Assembly: GCF_016433145.1 (NCBI RefSeq) | Contig: NC_058135.1 | Span: forward strand, 288,185,810 to 288,249,809 | Length of the DNA stretch: 64,000 nucleotides | Origin: Gracilinanus agilis | Lineage: Eukaryota | Reading direction: 5' to 3' | Shown: piece after piece, positions 50,323 to 61,789 of the stretch | Numbering within the stretch: the stretch's first letter is position 1 | Layout: every line of letters begins with the position of its first letter | Position numbers and translations under genes: made by a program | Notes under the pieces: generated by a model | The model's input: the letters and a program-made list of their open reading frames with translations, nothing else | Told to the model about the DNA's origin: nothing | Database searches by the model: none

Positions 50323-51643
50323 GGGCAGAGTAGACCACATGATTAAGGGTGTTTGATATATGACAAGGTTGTGAGGATTTCCCTATTCATCTTATATTCG
50401 AAAAGAAATGTGTGGTTTAAATTACTTTCTAGCCACAGCGATAAACCTGGATTCTCCTATATGAAATGAGGAGAGCTCCCATTTAATGCAATATAGTACC
50501 CAGGAGTACAGAGTACATCTTTCTATTTAGTGCCACCATCCTTTTCTGATTTGGTTTTATTTGAGGCAAGAATGTCATGAGTGATGTGGTTCAACTCCTC
50601 CAGCAATATGTCCACTCACTGGTCAATGGAAACAGAGCACCCAATTAAAAACCCCCAGTGGGTGTAAAAACTGCCTCTTTTTATATCTTCCTCTGATCAC
50701 CCAAGACTCCACTGTCAGTCAGCAGGGTCATGCATTTGCATGTTATTCTCATGAAGCCAAAGCTCATGACCAAAAATTGTCCCTCTTTCTTGGAGTGACC
50801 ATTCTCCAGTCACCTGCAGCTCGGTGGCACAGGGGATAGAGCGCCAGATAGCTGGGTGCTGTAGGACCCTGGACAGAGCACTTAATCTCTGCTCGCCTCA
50901 CTTTTCTCATCTGTAGACTAGGGATAAAAATGGCACTTTACCTGCCAGGGTGGTTGTAAGGATGGAATTGGGTATTTGTAAAATACAGGGCAAGCCCTGA
51001 AGATGCCAGCTGTTATAGGTAATTTATAAGATAGATCATAAAATAGCAATAGAAAGTTAAGACGATGATGATAAAGGCGACAATGACCTTATGGCCCTGC
51101 TCCATCTTTTTCTAGACACTTTCAGCTTGTCAATCTCATTTTTTTAAAGTGTTTTATTGATGCTCTTTTTTACAAAAAGCTGTCACTCCCCAAAGATTCT
51201 CCTTCCTCCTCTTTCACACCTAGCCAAGGCTTTCTCTCTCCCTTGTTAACAACCAGGCAAAATGAACACGTCTGAACAGTCTGGTGATGCTTCATTCTGC
51301 TACTGTGGAAGCATGTTTCCTTGTTACTCCTCTCCAATAACAAATGGTCCGAACCCAACAAGCAGTACTGCCAGACCCAGCCCTCCCAATAGGGTCTGAC
51401 CAAGGCACAGGAGTAGGGCTGCCATCTCTCTGGCCCTGGATGTCACCTCTTAAGGACCGTCTCCTAGGATTATATTTGTAATCCTTGCTATGGTCCATCA
51501 TGCTGTTGTCTGCTATTTGGCTTGCAGCCCACTGAACTCCTCAGTTTTTTTTCCAGAAGAAACACTGTCCCCAGATGCCTGATAATTGTGGGGTGGGTCT
51601 GCTACCTGTCCCAGCTCTGCAGATCCACTGGACAGTGCTTTAT

Positions 51644-51712
51644 CTGGAAAATATCAGTGTTGCACCTACTATGTGTCCAGAGTCATGTAGGTGCAACACT
51701 GATATTTTCCAG
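51644..51712. repeat. Perfect 26-bp inverted repeat (69-nt hairpin); candidate pre-miRNA or MITE remnant
   Basis: CTGGAAAATATCAGTGTTGCACCTAC-N17-GTAGGTGCAACACTGATATTTTCCAG. Confidence 0.9.
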
Positions 51713-51875
51713 GGTCCTTAAGAAGCAGCTACATGGTATAGCGACAAAGAATGGCAGCAGGGAGATACCTTGGGACAAAGAATGTCAGAATTTGGAGGCT
51801 CTTGGGATGGTTAGGTTTGAAGAACTTGGAATTCTGAGTTCCAACCCAGGATCAGGCACTTAAAAGCTGAGTGAG

Positions 51876-52350
51876 GGGCAGCTGGGTGGCTCAGTGGATT
51901 GAGAGCAGGCCCAGAGATGGGAGGTTCTAAGTTCAAATCTGGCCTCAGATATTTCCTGGTTATATGATCCTGGACAAGTCACTTAACCCCTGGTGCCTAG
52001 CCCTTTCAGCTCTTCTGCCTTGGAACCAATATACAGTATTGATTCTAAGACAGAAAGTAAGGGGTTAAAAAAAGAAAGATGGGTGATTCTGGGTGAGTCA
52101 TTTAACTTCTCTATGCATCAGTTTATGGGCATTGAGGTGGTAAAGTGGATAGAGTACTGGACCTGGAGTTAGGAAGACCCAAGTTCAAATCTGATCTTAA
52201 ATACTTATTTGCTATGTGACCCTGGGCAAGTCATTGAACCCTGCTGGCCTCAGTTTCCTCATTTGTAAAATGAGCTAGAGAAAGAAATGGCAAATCCCTC
52301 CAGTATCTTTGGTAAGAAAACCCCAAATAGTGTCAGGAAGAGTTGTATAC
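51876..52350 (+). mobile_element. SINE1-like (51876-52072) and MAR1-like (52135-52350) SINEs
   Basis: CORE-SINE motifs; MAR1-type CAGTTTCCTCATTTGTAAAATGAGCTAGAGAAAGAAATGGCAAA. Confidence 0.8.
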
Positions 52351-52678
52351 AACTGAAACAATAAAATGCCTATTTCTTTATCTATAAAAAGGGGATTAAA
52401 AAAGAAGCAATCATTTCCTAGTGTTGTGAGGACAAAAGGATGTAACATTTTTGAAGTGCTTTGCAAACTTTAGAATTACATAAATATTAGACACTGTTAT
52501 CGTCATCATCATTACAGTCATTATACAAGCTTGATTTTTCCTGTCAAGGAACTCAAGTCTTGCTGTGCAGACCAAATGTCTATAAATGTTACTAGGAATC
52601 AGTTTTAACTTAAACCAATGTTTCAAAGGAGCCGCAGAGAGCCACGTGGGCAGGCAGCCACAATACTGACACACATAG

Positions 52679-52862
52679 GGGGCAGCTGGGTAGCTCAGTG
52701 GATTGAGAGTCAGGCCTAGAGATGGGAGGTCCTGGGTTCAGATCTGGCCTCAGACACTTCCCATCTGTGTGACCCTGGGCAAGTCACTTGACCCCCATGG
52801 CCAACCCTTACCACTCTTCTGCCTGGAAGCCAATACACAGAAGTTAAGGGTTAAAAAAAAAA
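52679..52862 (+). mobile_element. Young SINE1_Mdo-like SINE
   Basis: Full-length; TSD AATACTGACACACATA. Confidence 0.92.
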
Positions 52863-53689
52863 ATACTGACACACATAACCAAGTAGCTAGCTAGCACGAT
52901 CCTTTTGGGGATTTCAAGGCACAAACACAATCTCACACTGACTTGCTCTAGCTGTCAGATTTACTCCTCCCACACAATATCTCTTGGGGGGTCTGAACCT
53001 ATAGGATTTCTTTGATGTCGGGAGCTGCCCCACAAGTAAAATTCTTCTGCCAAAGTAGCCTGGAAACTATTCTGCACCTTGTTGTTAGGGGAACTCCCTG
53101 GGGTCCACTTAAGTTCCCCAAGCCAGCATGTCTTGGGGCAAGTCTTCAAACCTGTTCTTCCTCAGGCTGAGGCAGGCACTCGACTTAGAGAGGAAGTCAC
53201 TCAACAGAAAGCACACCTCAGGCCTGGGTGCCCATCCCGGCTTGGGACTTTGCTTAGGCCTGGTTCACCAGGGAAGTGTGGCTGAATCACAGGTAACCAG
53301 GGCCATCCAGGCCACAAGGGTTTCACGATGGCTTGATATACTGGGGCGCAGGGGGTTTTATTCTGAAGCAGACAAGGGGAGTTGCATGCTCTAGTACAGA
53401 GTAAATCCCAGGCACCCATGAATATTCCCTTGGAGTAAGTCATGTAAAGTTGAGATCAGGGAGAGGTTGGTAGAATTCTTTTGGACTCAAGATCTGCATT
53501 AATGGCAATCTTGAGGCCCTTGAGTTGGCTCTATCTAGGTGTCCTCCTTCCTCTAAATGGGCAGAGCCAACTGGCTTCTGCCACTGACTTCTTGTGGGGA
53601 ACTTGGGCAAATCACTCTGTAGGCCTGAGTTTTCTCTAATGTAATACAAATGAGATGATCTCTAAAGACCCTCTTAGGCCTGCCATTCC

Positions 53690-53873
53690 CTTACCTTCTG
53701 TCTGAGAATCAGTACCATGTATTGGTTCTAAGGCAGAAGAGTGGTAAGGGCTGGGCAATGGAGGTTGAGTGACTTGCCCAGGGTCACACATCTAGGAAGT
53801 GTCTGAGGTCAGATTTGAACCCAGGACCTCCCGTCTCTAGGCCTGATTCTCAATCCCCTGAGCCACCCTGCTG
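53690..53873 (-). mobile_element. SINE1-like SINE
   Basis: Antisense TTCTAAGGCAGAAGAGTGGTAAGGG..AAGTGTCTGAGGTCAGATTTGAACCCAGG signature. Confidence 0.85.
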
Positions 53874-55318
53874 TCCCCTCATTCCCTGTTCTAAGGCTCC
53901 TCCTAGCCTTGTTCTCCTGTGTTCTAAGGTCCCTCTCAGCCCTGCCATTCTGTGTTCAAAGGTCCCCCCCGCTCAGTCTTCACATCTTGATTTCCAAGGT
54001 CTTTCCTTGCACTCACACATCTCTCTGAGCTCCGTCGTGCTAGAATTTGAGCTGTAGTCCTGCAGCAGACCAGGGGAGAGTCATCTCCTCCTCCTCTCAG
54101 ATGGGGCTTCTTTCCTGATGACCACAGGACAACAAATGTCAACTGTTTCAAGGCTCTGCATAATCTGTTTCTTATAGTTCTCTCCCTGCTGATACTGTAT
54201 AACAGGAAACGTTTGCTTGTGAGAATCTGTGATACGGCATGGGCTTTCCTGCCATACTCCAAGGAAAAGAAACAAATCAATATTGCTTGCTGGAGAATAG
54301 AATATTGTTAAGGACGGATTACAAGTTGAACCACTCAACTCTGTTTTGTTCTAGGAGCCCAGCAGGTACTAACTTATCTAAGCCTGCAGGGTCAGTCTAG
54401 GGCAGCTGGTTTCCTTGAGCATCTTCTTCCCTCCAGGACTGCTCTCAGGACCTTTTCTTTATCTCAAGTCAACAAACTTAATGTGAAACCCCTGTGACAA
54501 CCGGATTACAGGGCTCTTCTGCTGCACCAGCTCCTCCCCCTCTCCTTTGGACTACTACAATAACAACAACAATCACACCACCTAGGTTAAACTGTGACAA
54601 CATGACCTAATCTGATCCTCACACCCACCTTGGGAGTAAGGGAGAAAAGACTTTTGCTCAGGAACCCACCCAGAGCTCCTAAGCGTCTGAGGCTGCCTTC
54701 CACTCAGGACCTCCTGACTCTGGGCTTGGGCCGCAGCACCGCCCAGTGCCTCTGGCTGTCATGGCCTCCTAGTTCCTGCCTCAGGCCTCACAGGACTCCA
54801 GCCCATCCTCTAATTACAGGATAAAATAATTTTACTGATGCTCAGGTCCGACTTGAGTACAAGCTCCACTATCTGGCATTTACGGTTCTAACCAACCTGG
54901 CCCCTTCCTTGCTAGGCTTTTTACACCCACCGTCTTCCCTGAACTCCATGGCGGGTCATACTGGCCTCGGGGTTTCTCCCATACCTTACTCCATCTCTCC
55001 CTTCCCCGTCTTTGCTCAGTTCCATGCCTGGAAGGCTCTCTTCAGGTCTTAGATCAAAAGCTACCTTGTTGGATGGAGAGGGGGTGAGGCCCCTGCTAGT
55101 CCTTCTGGCTACTAGTTCTTTCTCCTCTAAAGATACTAAAATACGTCGAGGTCTCTGCATTGCAATGTAGACTGTGCTGCCTTTCCCCTAAGCTTCAGGA
55201 AAGATGACCAGACACTAAATCAGTGCAGGGGATTAGGGCTCTGGCCACTGTCACAGCTTCCCGATCACCAAGGGTAGCTTTCTGGGCTCAGAACCCTTTA
55301 GACTTAATTACTGAGGTG

Positions 55319-55502
55319 AGGGCAGCTAGTGGACTGAAAGCTAAGTGCAGAGACAGAAATCCTGGATTCAAATCTGGCCTCAGACACTTCCTAACAATGT
55401 GACCCTGGGCGAGTCACTTAACCCCCAATACCTAGTCCTTACCACTCTTCTGTCTAGGAACTAATGCACAGTATTGATTCTAAGACAGAAGATAAGGGTT
55501 TT
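55319..55502 (+). mobile_element. SINE1-like SINE
   Basis: GGGCAGCTAG..TTCAAATCTGGCCTCAGACAC..TATTGATTCTAAGACAGAAG. Confidence 0.8.
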
Positions 55503-56894
55503 ATTAAAATAAAAGTATTGAGGCTCCCCAAAAGCTTTCGTTCTTGTGGATCACATCTATTGATATTTACCATATTAGAAATTAAAACATTACTTAATAT
55601 TATGAAAATAATTTTGACCCTGTGGCCCCCTTGATTTTCAGGGACCCCCAAGACCATATTTTGATCCTCATTGGACACCAAAAAGACAGACTACGAGGAA
55701 TCAATGCCAGAGACTTGAAATGCCAGGGCTATGGGAGTCCCCTGCCCTCCTGCCCAAAGAAGTTTCCCAATGGAAAGAGCAGGGAGCAGAGCAGAGCTCT
55801 CACATTTGACCCAGAGCTATATTCTTTTCAAGTTACTAGTGTTGAACATTGGATAGACTACACGCATCTCATTTCATTTCAGTAATAGCAACTAGAATTT
55901 CTCCAACATCTTCTCCCACATGGAGTTGTTCCTGGGGCATGTCAGCCTCTATTTGAGATATCAGATGCCCTGGATTGTACTGAACAGCCAGGCCGATGCC
56001 CTTAAGAGGATGGTAAAAGTCATAATGTGTGTCCACTGCCAAAATGGAAGCGGAAGCCATGACGCTATGTTGTGGCAGACATGAGACCATCTGATCCCCC
56101 TAATGAAAGGTGAGACAGCCACTTCTGCCCAATGGGTTCCTCACGCCAATGACAAAGACCAACATATCACAATCTTGAAAAAAGAACTTCCTCATTGTGC
56201 CCTAACTACCAAGGTCAGGCGTCCCACCTAGAAGCCACATCCGTGATCAATCAGTGTCTCTTTCACACGAAAGATCCCCAGGCTTATCCAGCAGCTTCAT
56301 GTACTTCACCTCTAGGAGACTTATCTGAGGTGGACAGGCTGCTTTTGGATAGTGGTAGGCTCTCTCCAACCCTTCCTTATTGCATCGCCCGCTTAGCTGC
56401 CCAGGCCTCAAAATCCTGCTCCCCTCAGAGGGCCCTATACTCTGGGAAACTGCCACAGAGCCCCCTCAATCAGCAGGTCTCCCTTTCCACAGGGCAGTTC
56501 AGACAACTCCTTTCCAGAAAGGGCCTGGGGGAGCATGGAACTGAGATGATGGGAAAGCATAATTATAGGGAATATGAATTTACCTGCACAAAAGAGGATC
56601 CCTTAGACGACTTGGTGGCAATCCCAGGTCCCTGGATGAAGATAAGGAAGTAGCCCCTGGAGAAGAAGGTTCCTTAGCAGAGGTCTCTAAAGGAGCAAAT
56701 ATTTGGTGTCATCCTTCAATAGGGCTCCTAGAGAGAAAGAGGTCCTGGGTAGTGGGTAGGAGCACACAAGTGGGTAGTAATATAAAGCAAGTCTCAGTAC
56801 TGACCCTGACATGAGGACAGGCTCCCTCACAGTGTATAATGACCTCTCGGGCGACTTCCTGAACCATGAGGAGGAACAGTGCCCCCTGGAAACA

Positions 56895-58100
56895 TTTTTT
56901 ATGGCAACTGTTTCTGACAAAGGCCTCCTTTCTCAAATATACAGAAAGCAAAGTCAAGTTTACAAGAATACAAGTCATTCCCCATTTGATAAATGATCAA
57001 AGGATATGTACAGGCAGTTCTCACAAGAAGAAATTAAAACTATTTGTAATCATTAAAAAAAGCTCCAAATCAGGGCAGCTGGGTAGCTCAGTGGATGGAG
57101 AGTCAGGCCTAGAGATGGGAGGTCCGAGGTTCAAATCTGGCCTCAGACACTTCCCAGCTGTGTGACCCTGGGCAAGTCACTTAACCCCCATTGCCCACTC
57201 TTACCACTCTTCCACCTAGGAGCCAATACACAGAAGTTAAGGGTTTAAAAAAAAAAAAAAAGCTCCAAATCACTATTGATTAGAGAAATGTAAATTAAAA
57301 TAACTCTGAGATACTACTACTTTACACCTATCAAATTGATTAATATGACCAAAAAAGGAAAAAGATAAATGTTGGAAGGGATACAGGAAAACTGGGATAT
57401 TAATACACTGTTGGTGGGACTGTGAACTGATATAACCATTCTGGAGAGCAATATGGAACCATGCCCAAAGGACCATAAAATTACACATATCTTTTGACCA
57501 GCAATACTACTACTGGGTCTGTATTCCAAAGAGATCAGCAATAGGGAAAAGGACCGATTTATACCAAAATATTTTTAGCAGCTCTTTTTGTAGTAGATGC
57601 ACTTCAACTGGGGAATAGCTGAACAAGTTGTGGCATATGGTTGTAGAATACTATTGCACTATAAGAAATTATAAACAGGATGAGTTCAGAAAAACATATA
57701 AATTGCTGCAAAGTGAAGTGAGCAGAACCTGTGTACACAGACACAGAAATATCATATAATGATCAACTGTAAAGTACAATTGATTTCCAGTAAGTTTCCA
57801 AAGAACTCATGATGAAAAATGTTAACCATAGCCAAAGAAGGAACTGTTGGGAGTCTGAATGTAGATCAAAGCATGCCATTTTTTCAACTTCTTTCCTTCA
57901 TGAGTTTTTTATTGTATATGTGATATGTGTCTCTTTCATGGCATGAGCGGTATGGAAATATATATTGGATGAAACCATTGGTATAAACTCTTTTGAGGGA
58001 TATATTGGGGAAAGGAGAGGAGGGAATCTGAATACAAAATGTCAACAAACAATTGTCAAAAATTGTATCTACGTGTAATTGAAAAAAATTTTAAAAAAAT
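56895..58100 (+). mobile_element. L1 ORF2 3' end/3' UTR with nested young SINE (57072-57261, TSD AAAAAAGCTCCAAATCA)
   Basis: CTGACAAAGGCCTC.TTTCTCAAATATAC, GAAATGTAAATTAAAA and CAAAGAGATCA L1 motifs. Confidence 0.85.
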
Positions 58101-58969
58101 GGTCAATGTTGGAGGGGATGGGGGGAAACAGTACATTGCAGGTGGAGCAGTGACTTGACCCAACTTATATAACTCATTAGAATTATATTCTAAAAGTCAC
58201 TGATAACTAAAAGATTATTGAATCAAAGATTTTGAATTGGAAGGGTTTTTAGAGGGTAACAAGTTCAATACCCTCATTCTACAGATGAGGAAAATGAGGC
58301 TAAGATAACACACAACTCATCTGTGTCTATGATAGAATTTGAATTCAGGCATTCCTGACCCTAAGCCCTGTGTTCTACTCAATGCACTGTCTAGTTGCCT
58401 ATCGGAACTGGGCATGCATCCCCAAGAAATCTGAAGACAAAGAGAAAGGTCCCATGTGTACAAGAATATTTTAGCAGCATTTATATAGCAGAGTTAGGCA
58501 GGAAAGTGGGTGCCCACTGATTGAGGAAATGGCTGAATTGTGGCATATGAATGGAATGAGATATGATAGTATGTAAGAAATGAATTGGGAACATTCAGAG
58601 AACTTTGTGAAGAGTTGCTTGAACTAACACAGAACAAAGTCAGCAGAACCAGGAAAACATTCACATAATGACCATGATAAATAGAGGTAAAGGAAAATAA
58701 CACTCCTAAGAGTTTAGAATTCTAATCCAGGCAATGACCACCTAATGGTGGCAAAGGACTGATGCATGCCTTCCGCCCCCTGAGTAAGAGATGGTTTAGG
58801 ACAGGAGTTGAAGGAGGGACTTTTCAGATTCGGCCAATATGTTGTCTTTTATTTGTCTGTGTTTATTTGTTACAAAGGAGGGCTTTGGGGAAATATTTCT
58901 AGGTGTGGGCACCACTGACCTTTTAAAATATTATTAAAAAATGAAAAAAAAATTGAAGGATAATAGATG

Positions 58970-59480
58970 GCTGGCTTCCTTTATAACAACCTGGTCACTG
59001 TGTAGTCTTCTCTTTTTCAAGAGGAAACTAGAATGTTCTACCAAGGAGATCAGATGGTGACTCTGGGGATCATAGCATCTCCTGGAGAGCAATGAGGCAT
59101 AGTTTTCTCCTCAGGTCCAGAGAAGAGCACTACGGAGCAGGGAGGGCAAAGGCTAAGTTCCTGGGGTTAGTTATAGGGTTTGAGTGAACTAGAGCCCAGA
59201 ACTCTTTCTGGCTTCCTTGTCCAAGACTCTTCTTTTCATTCTTTTGAACCTCTTGGTGTTCCCAGGGCTTTAGCACAGCAGACTTGCTAAGTGGAACAAA
59301 ACTGAAGAGGAGGAGTAAGGCCCTAGGAATTTTGTCCAAGAAGAGGATCCTCTTTCTTAAGTGCTAACACCTGTGTAGCTAGAACTTTGGGGAAGAGTGT
59401 GTACTGGCTCAGGTGCAGAAACGAGTGTGGCTTCAAGATGAATCTTCTGAGGAAAGTGAGTGAATATCGGGAGGTAGGAA
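58970..59480. repeat. Duplicated block X, copy B
   Basis: Direct-repeat homolog of 45515-46000. Confidence 0.85.
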
Positions 59481-61020
59481 CTCATTGGAACCCAGAAAAC
59501 CAGACTCTTCTAGAAGAAAAATTGAATTCGGCACCCCCCCTCGAGCTAAAAGGGAAAATTTTCACACATTCAATTAAGAAAATTCATCTTCCTTTTTGGG
59601 TCCTTCTACTAATGTCTTTGTAGCCAAATCAATAAATCAGCAAGCATTTATTACGAGCTTATTATGTACCAGGAACTATAGAAAACAAAGAAAAATATAG
59701 AAATAATTCACAATTTAAAGATGCTTATATTCTATTGCTTACTATCCAACCTTATCATTAGACAGATGAGAAAAATTTGGTCCAGAACAGAAATAATTTG
59801 CCTAGGATCCCAGAGGGATTAAATGTCAGAGGTAGAATTTGAACCCAAGTGTTCAAATCCAAGCTTTTGGGATTCCAAGATCAGTGCTCTGCCCATTATG
59901 TAGTGTTTAGACAATGGGAAAACAAAGGCAAAAAGCTCTTGATGCTGCCCTCAAGAAACTTACATTCTATTGGGAAGGTTTCCTCTAAGTCAGTGATGGT
60001 GAACCTATCTGCCAAAGATGGCATGAAGAGCATTCTCTGTGAGCACCCTCATGATGCCTTCCCCTACCCCTAGTTTGATATTAGAAAGGCAAAGGAACTT
60101 GGGTGGAGCTGTTCTCCTCCCCCTCACCACTGTACCTGACATTTTTTTCACATCACCCACCCCTGTCCAGCAGTGCAATGGGAACACTTTCTATCTCCCC
60201 TGTGTATGGAGTAAAGGGGGGAGGGGGATCTAAAAGGTTCACCATCACTGCTCTAGGACTAGATAGTAGATACAACATATATAGGAAGTCATTCAAAAGG
60301 TAAATCCTATTATTAGCTGGAGAATCAGGAAAGGCCTGAGACTTAGAGGAAGCTAGGGATTAAAAAAAACTCCAATTGCACCATTCCAAATTGCATTTAC
60401 CTGCCTTCTGGCCTCCAGGGAGGAAAAATCCATGATTTGTCAAGGTAGCCCAAAAAAGGGGCTAGCTCTAAACGTGAAGAAGGCTTTCTAGACCTTAAGT
60501 CTAAAACTCTTGTCACTGCTCCTGATTCTCTCCTCTGAGGCAAACAGAACCAGGGTGATTTGGATAATGGTTCTTTAGACATCTGCATTCAGCAACAATA
60601 ACCTCTTTCTCAGAGATCCTCTCTAGTCTAACAAATTGGTTAACTTTGGGGAAATCCCTCTCTGAAGCTCAGTAAAATAGGGGGGAATTAAGGTACTTCA
60701 CATATCTAAGATTCTTGTCCTCAGTCCTTGCTTGGGCTGACACTAGATATCTACTCTCTAATGCCTCCAGCCTATATTATGAAGACTTCATTAGAGGGCA
60801 GGGCCCCATTTCTCCTTTAGCAGGACTTTTGTCAGATGGCTAGGCATCATCACCTCTCTAGTTAGAAGGGAATTGGCAGCTTTCATCCTTCCCTTTTGGT
60901 CTAGATTTGAACACCTGTCCAGTGGCTTTCAAAACTCATGAGAGAATACAACCTCTTGTGTGTGTGTGTGTGTCTGTACACACTTGTTCATCTGAATTCT
61001 AATGCTCTATGATACATCTG

Positions 61021-61775
61021 AGGTGGCAGCTGGGGACAGGGAGGAAGAAAGGAGGAGGAAAGGGGGGGGAGATGGAAGAAAAGAGGGAATAAAGAAGAAG
61101 AAAGCAAAGATCAAGGAGGGAAGAGGGGGATGGAAGGGAGGAGAGAGGAAGAAAAGTATCTGCCAAAGAGAAGTCAGATCAACAGCTATGATGGCAATGT
61201 TTAAGACGACAACTTCATAAAAAAAAACCAAAAGATGCACATTTTCAAACATTTTTAATGATTTTAATGAGATGGATGGAGGAGGCAAAAGGATGGAGAG
61301 GAGGAAAGGAAAAAAGGAGTAAGAGAATGTAAAGAGAAAAAGGGAGAGAAGAGGAAAGGAATAGAGAAAGGGAAAGAGGAGAAAAAGAAGAAGGAAGGAG
61401 AGAGCCAAAAGGGAGGGAGAGGGGAAGTGGACAGAAAGAGAAAGGAAAGAGAAGGAAATGGGAAGAGAAGGGAAGAAAAGGGAAAGGGGAAAGGAGGAGG
61501 AAGGGAAGGAGAAGAGAAAGAGGAAGAGGAAAGAAGAGAGAAAAGGAGGACAATGGAAGAGGATAGAGAGGAAAAGAGGAGGGAGAAGGGTGAAAGAGAA
61601 GGGGGAGAGACAAAAGGGAAGGAGGGAGGGGGAAGAGGAAGGAGGAAGAGCGAGAGAAAGGAAAAAGGAGGAAAGGGGAAGAGGAGGAGGAAAGAGAAGA
61701 GAGAGTGAGAAAAAAAGAGAGGAAGAGAAGAGGGTAAAAGGAAGGGGAGAAGAGGAAGGAGGGAGAAGAGCAAGG
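61021..61775 (+). repeat. Polypurine (GA-rich) low-complexity tract
   Basis: Almost pure A/G at 61021-61160 and 61271-61775. Confidence 0.95.
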
Positions 61776-61789
61776 AACTCCCGAAGCCA

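Noticed and set aside
51170-51501. Short ORFs with a hydrophobic stretch and an LVRP.. motif
   Set aside because: Multiple stops; more consistent with a decayed CR1/L2 fragment than with a gene.
53936-54338. Overlapping 85-114 aa ORFs, one with a Tc1-like phrase (RTIRNRL..KKPHL)
   Set aside because: Similarity is too short, there are no TIRs, and no recognisable protein.
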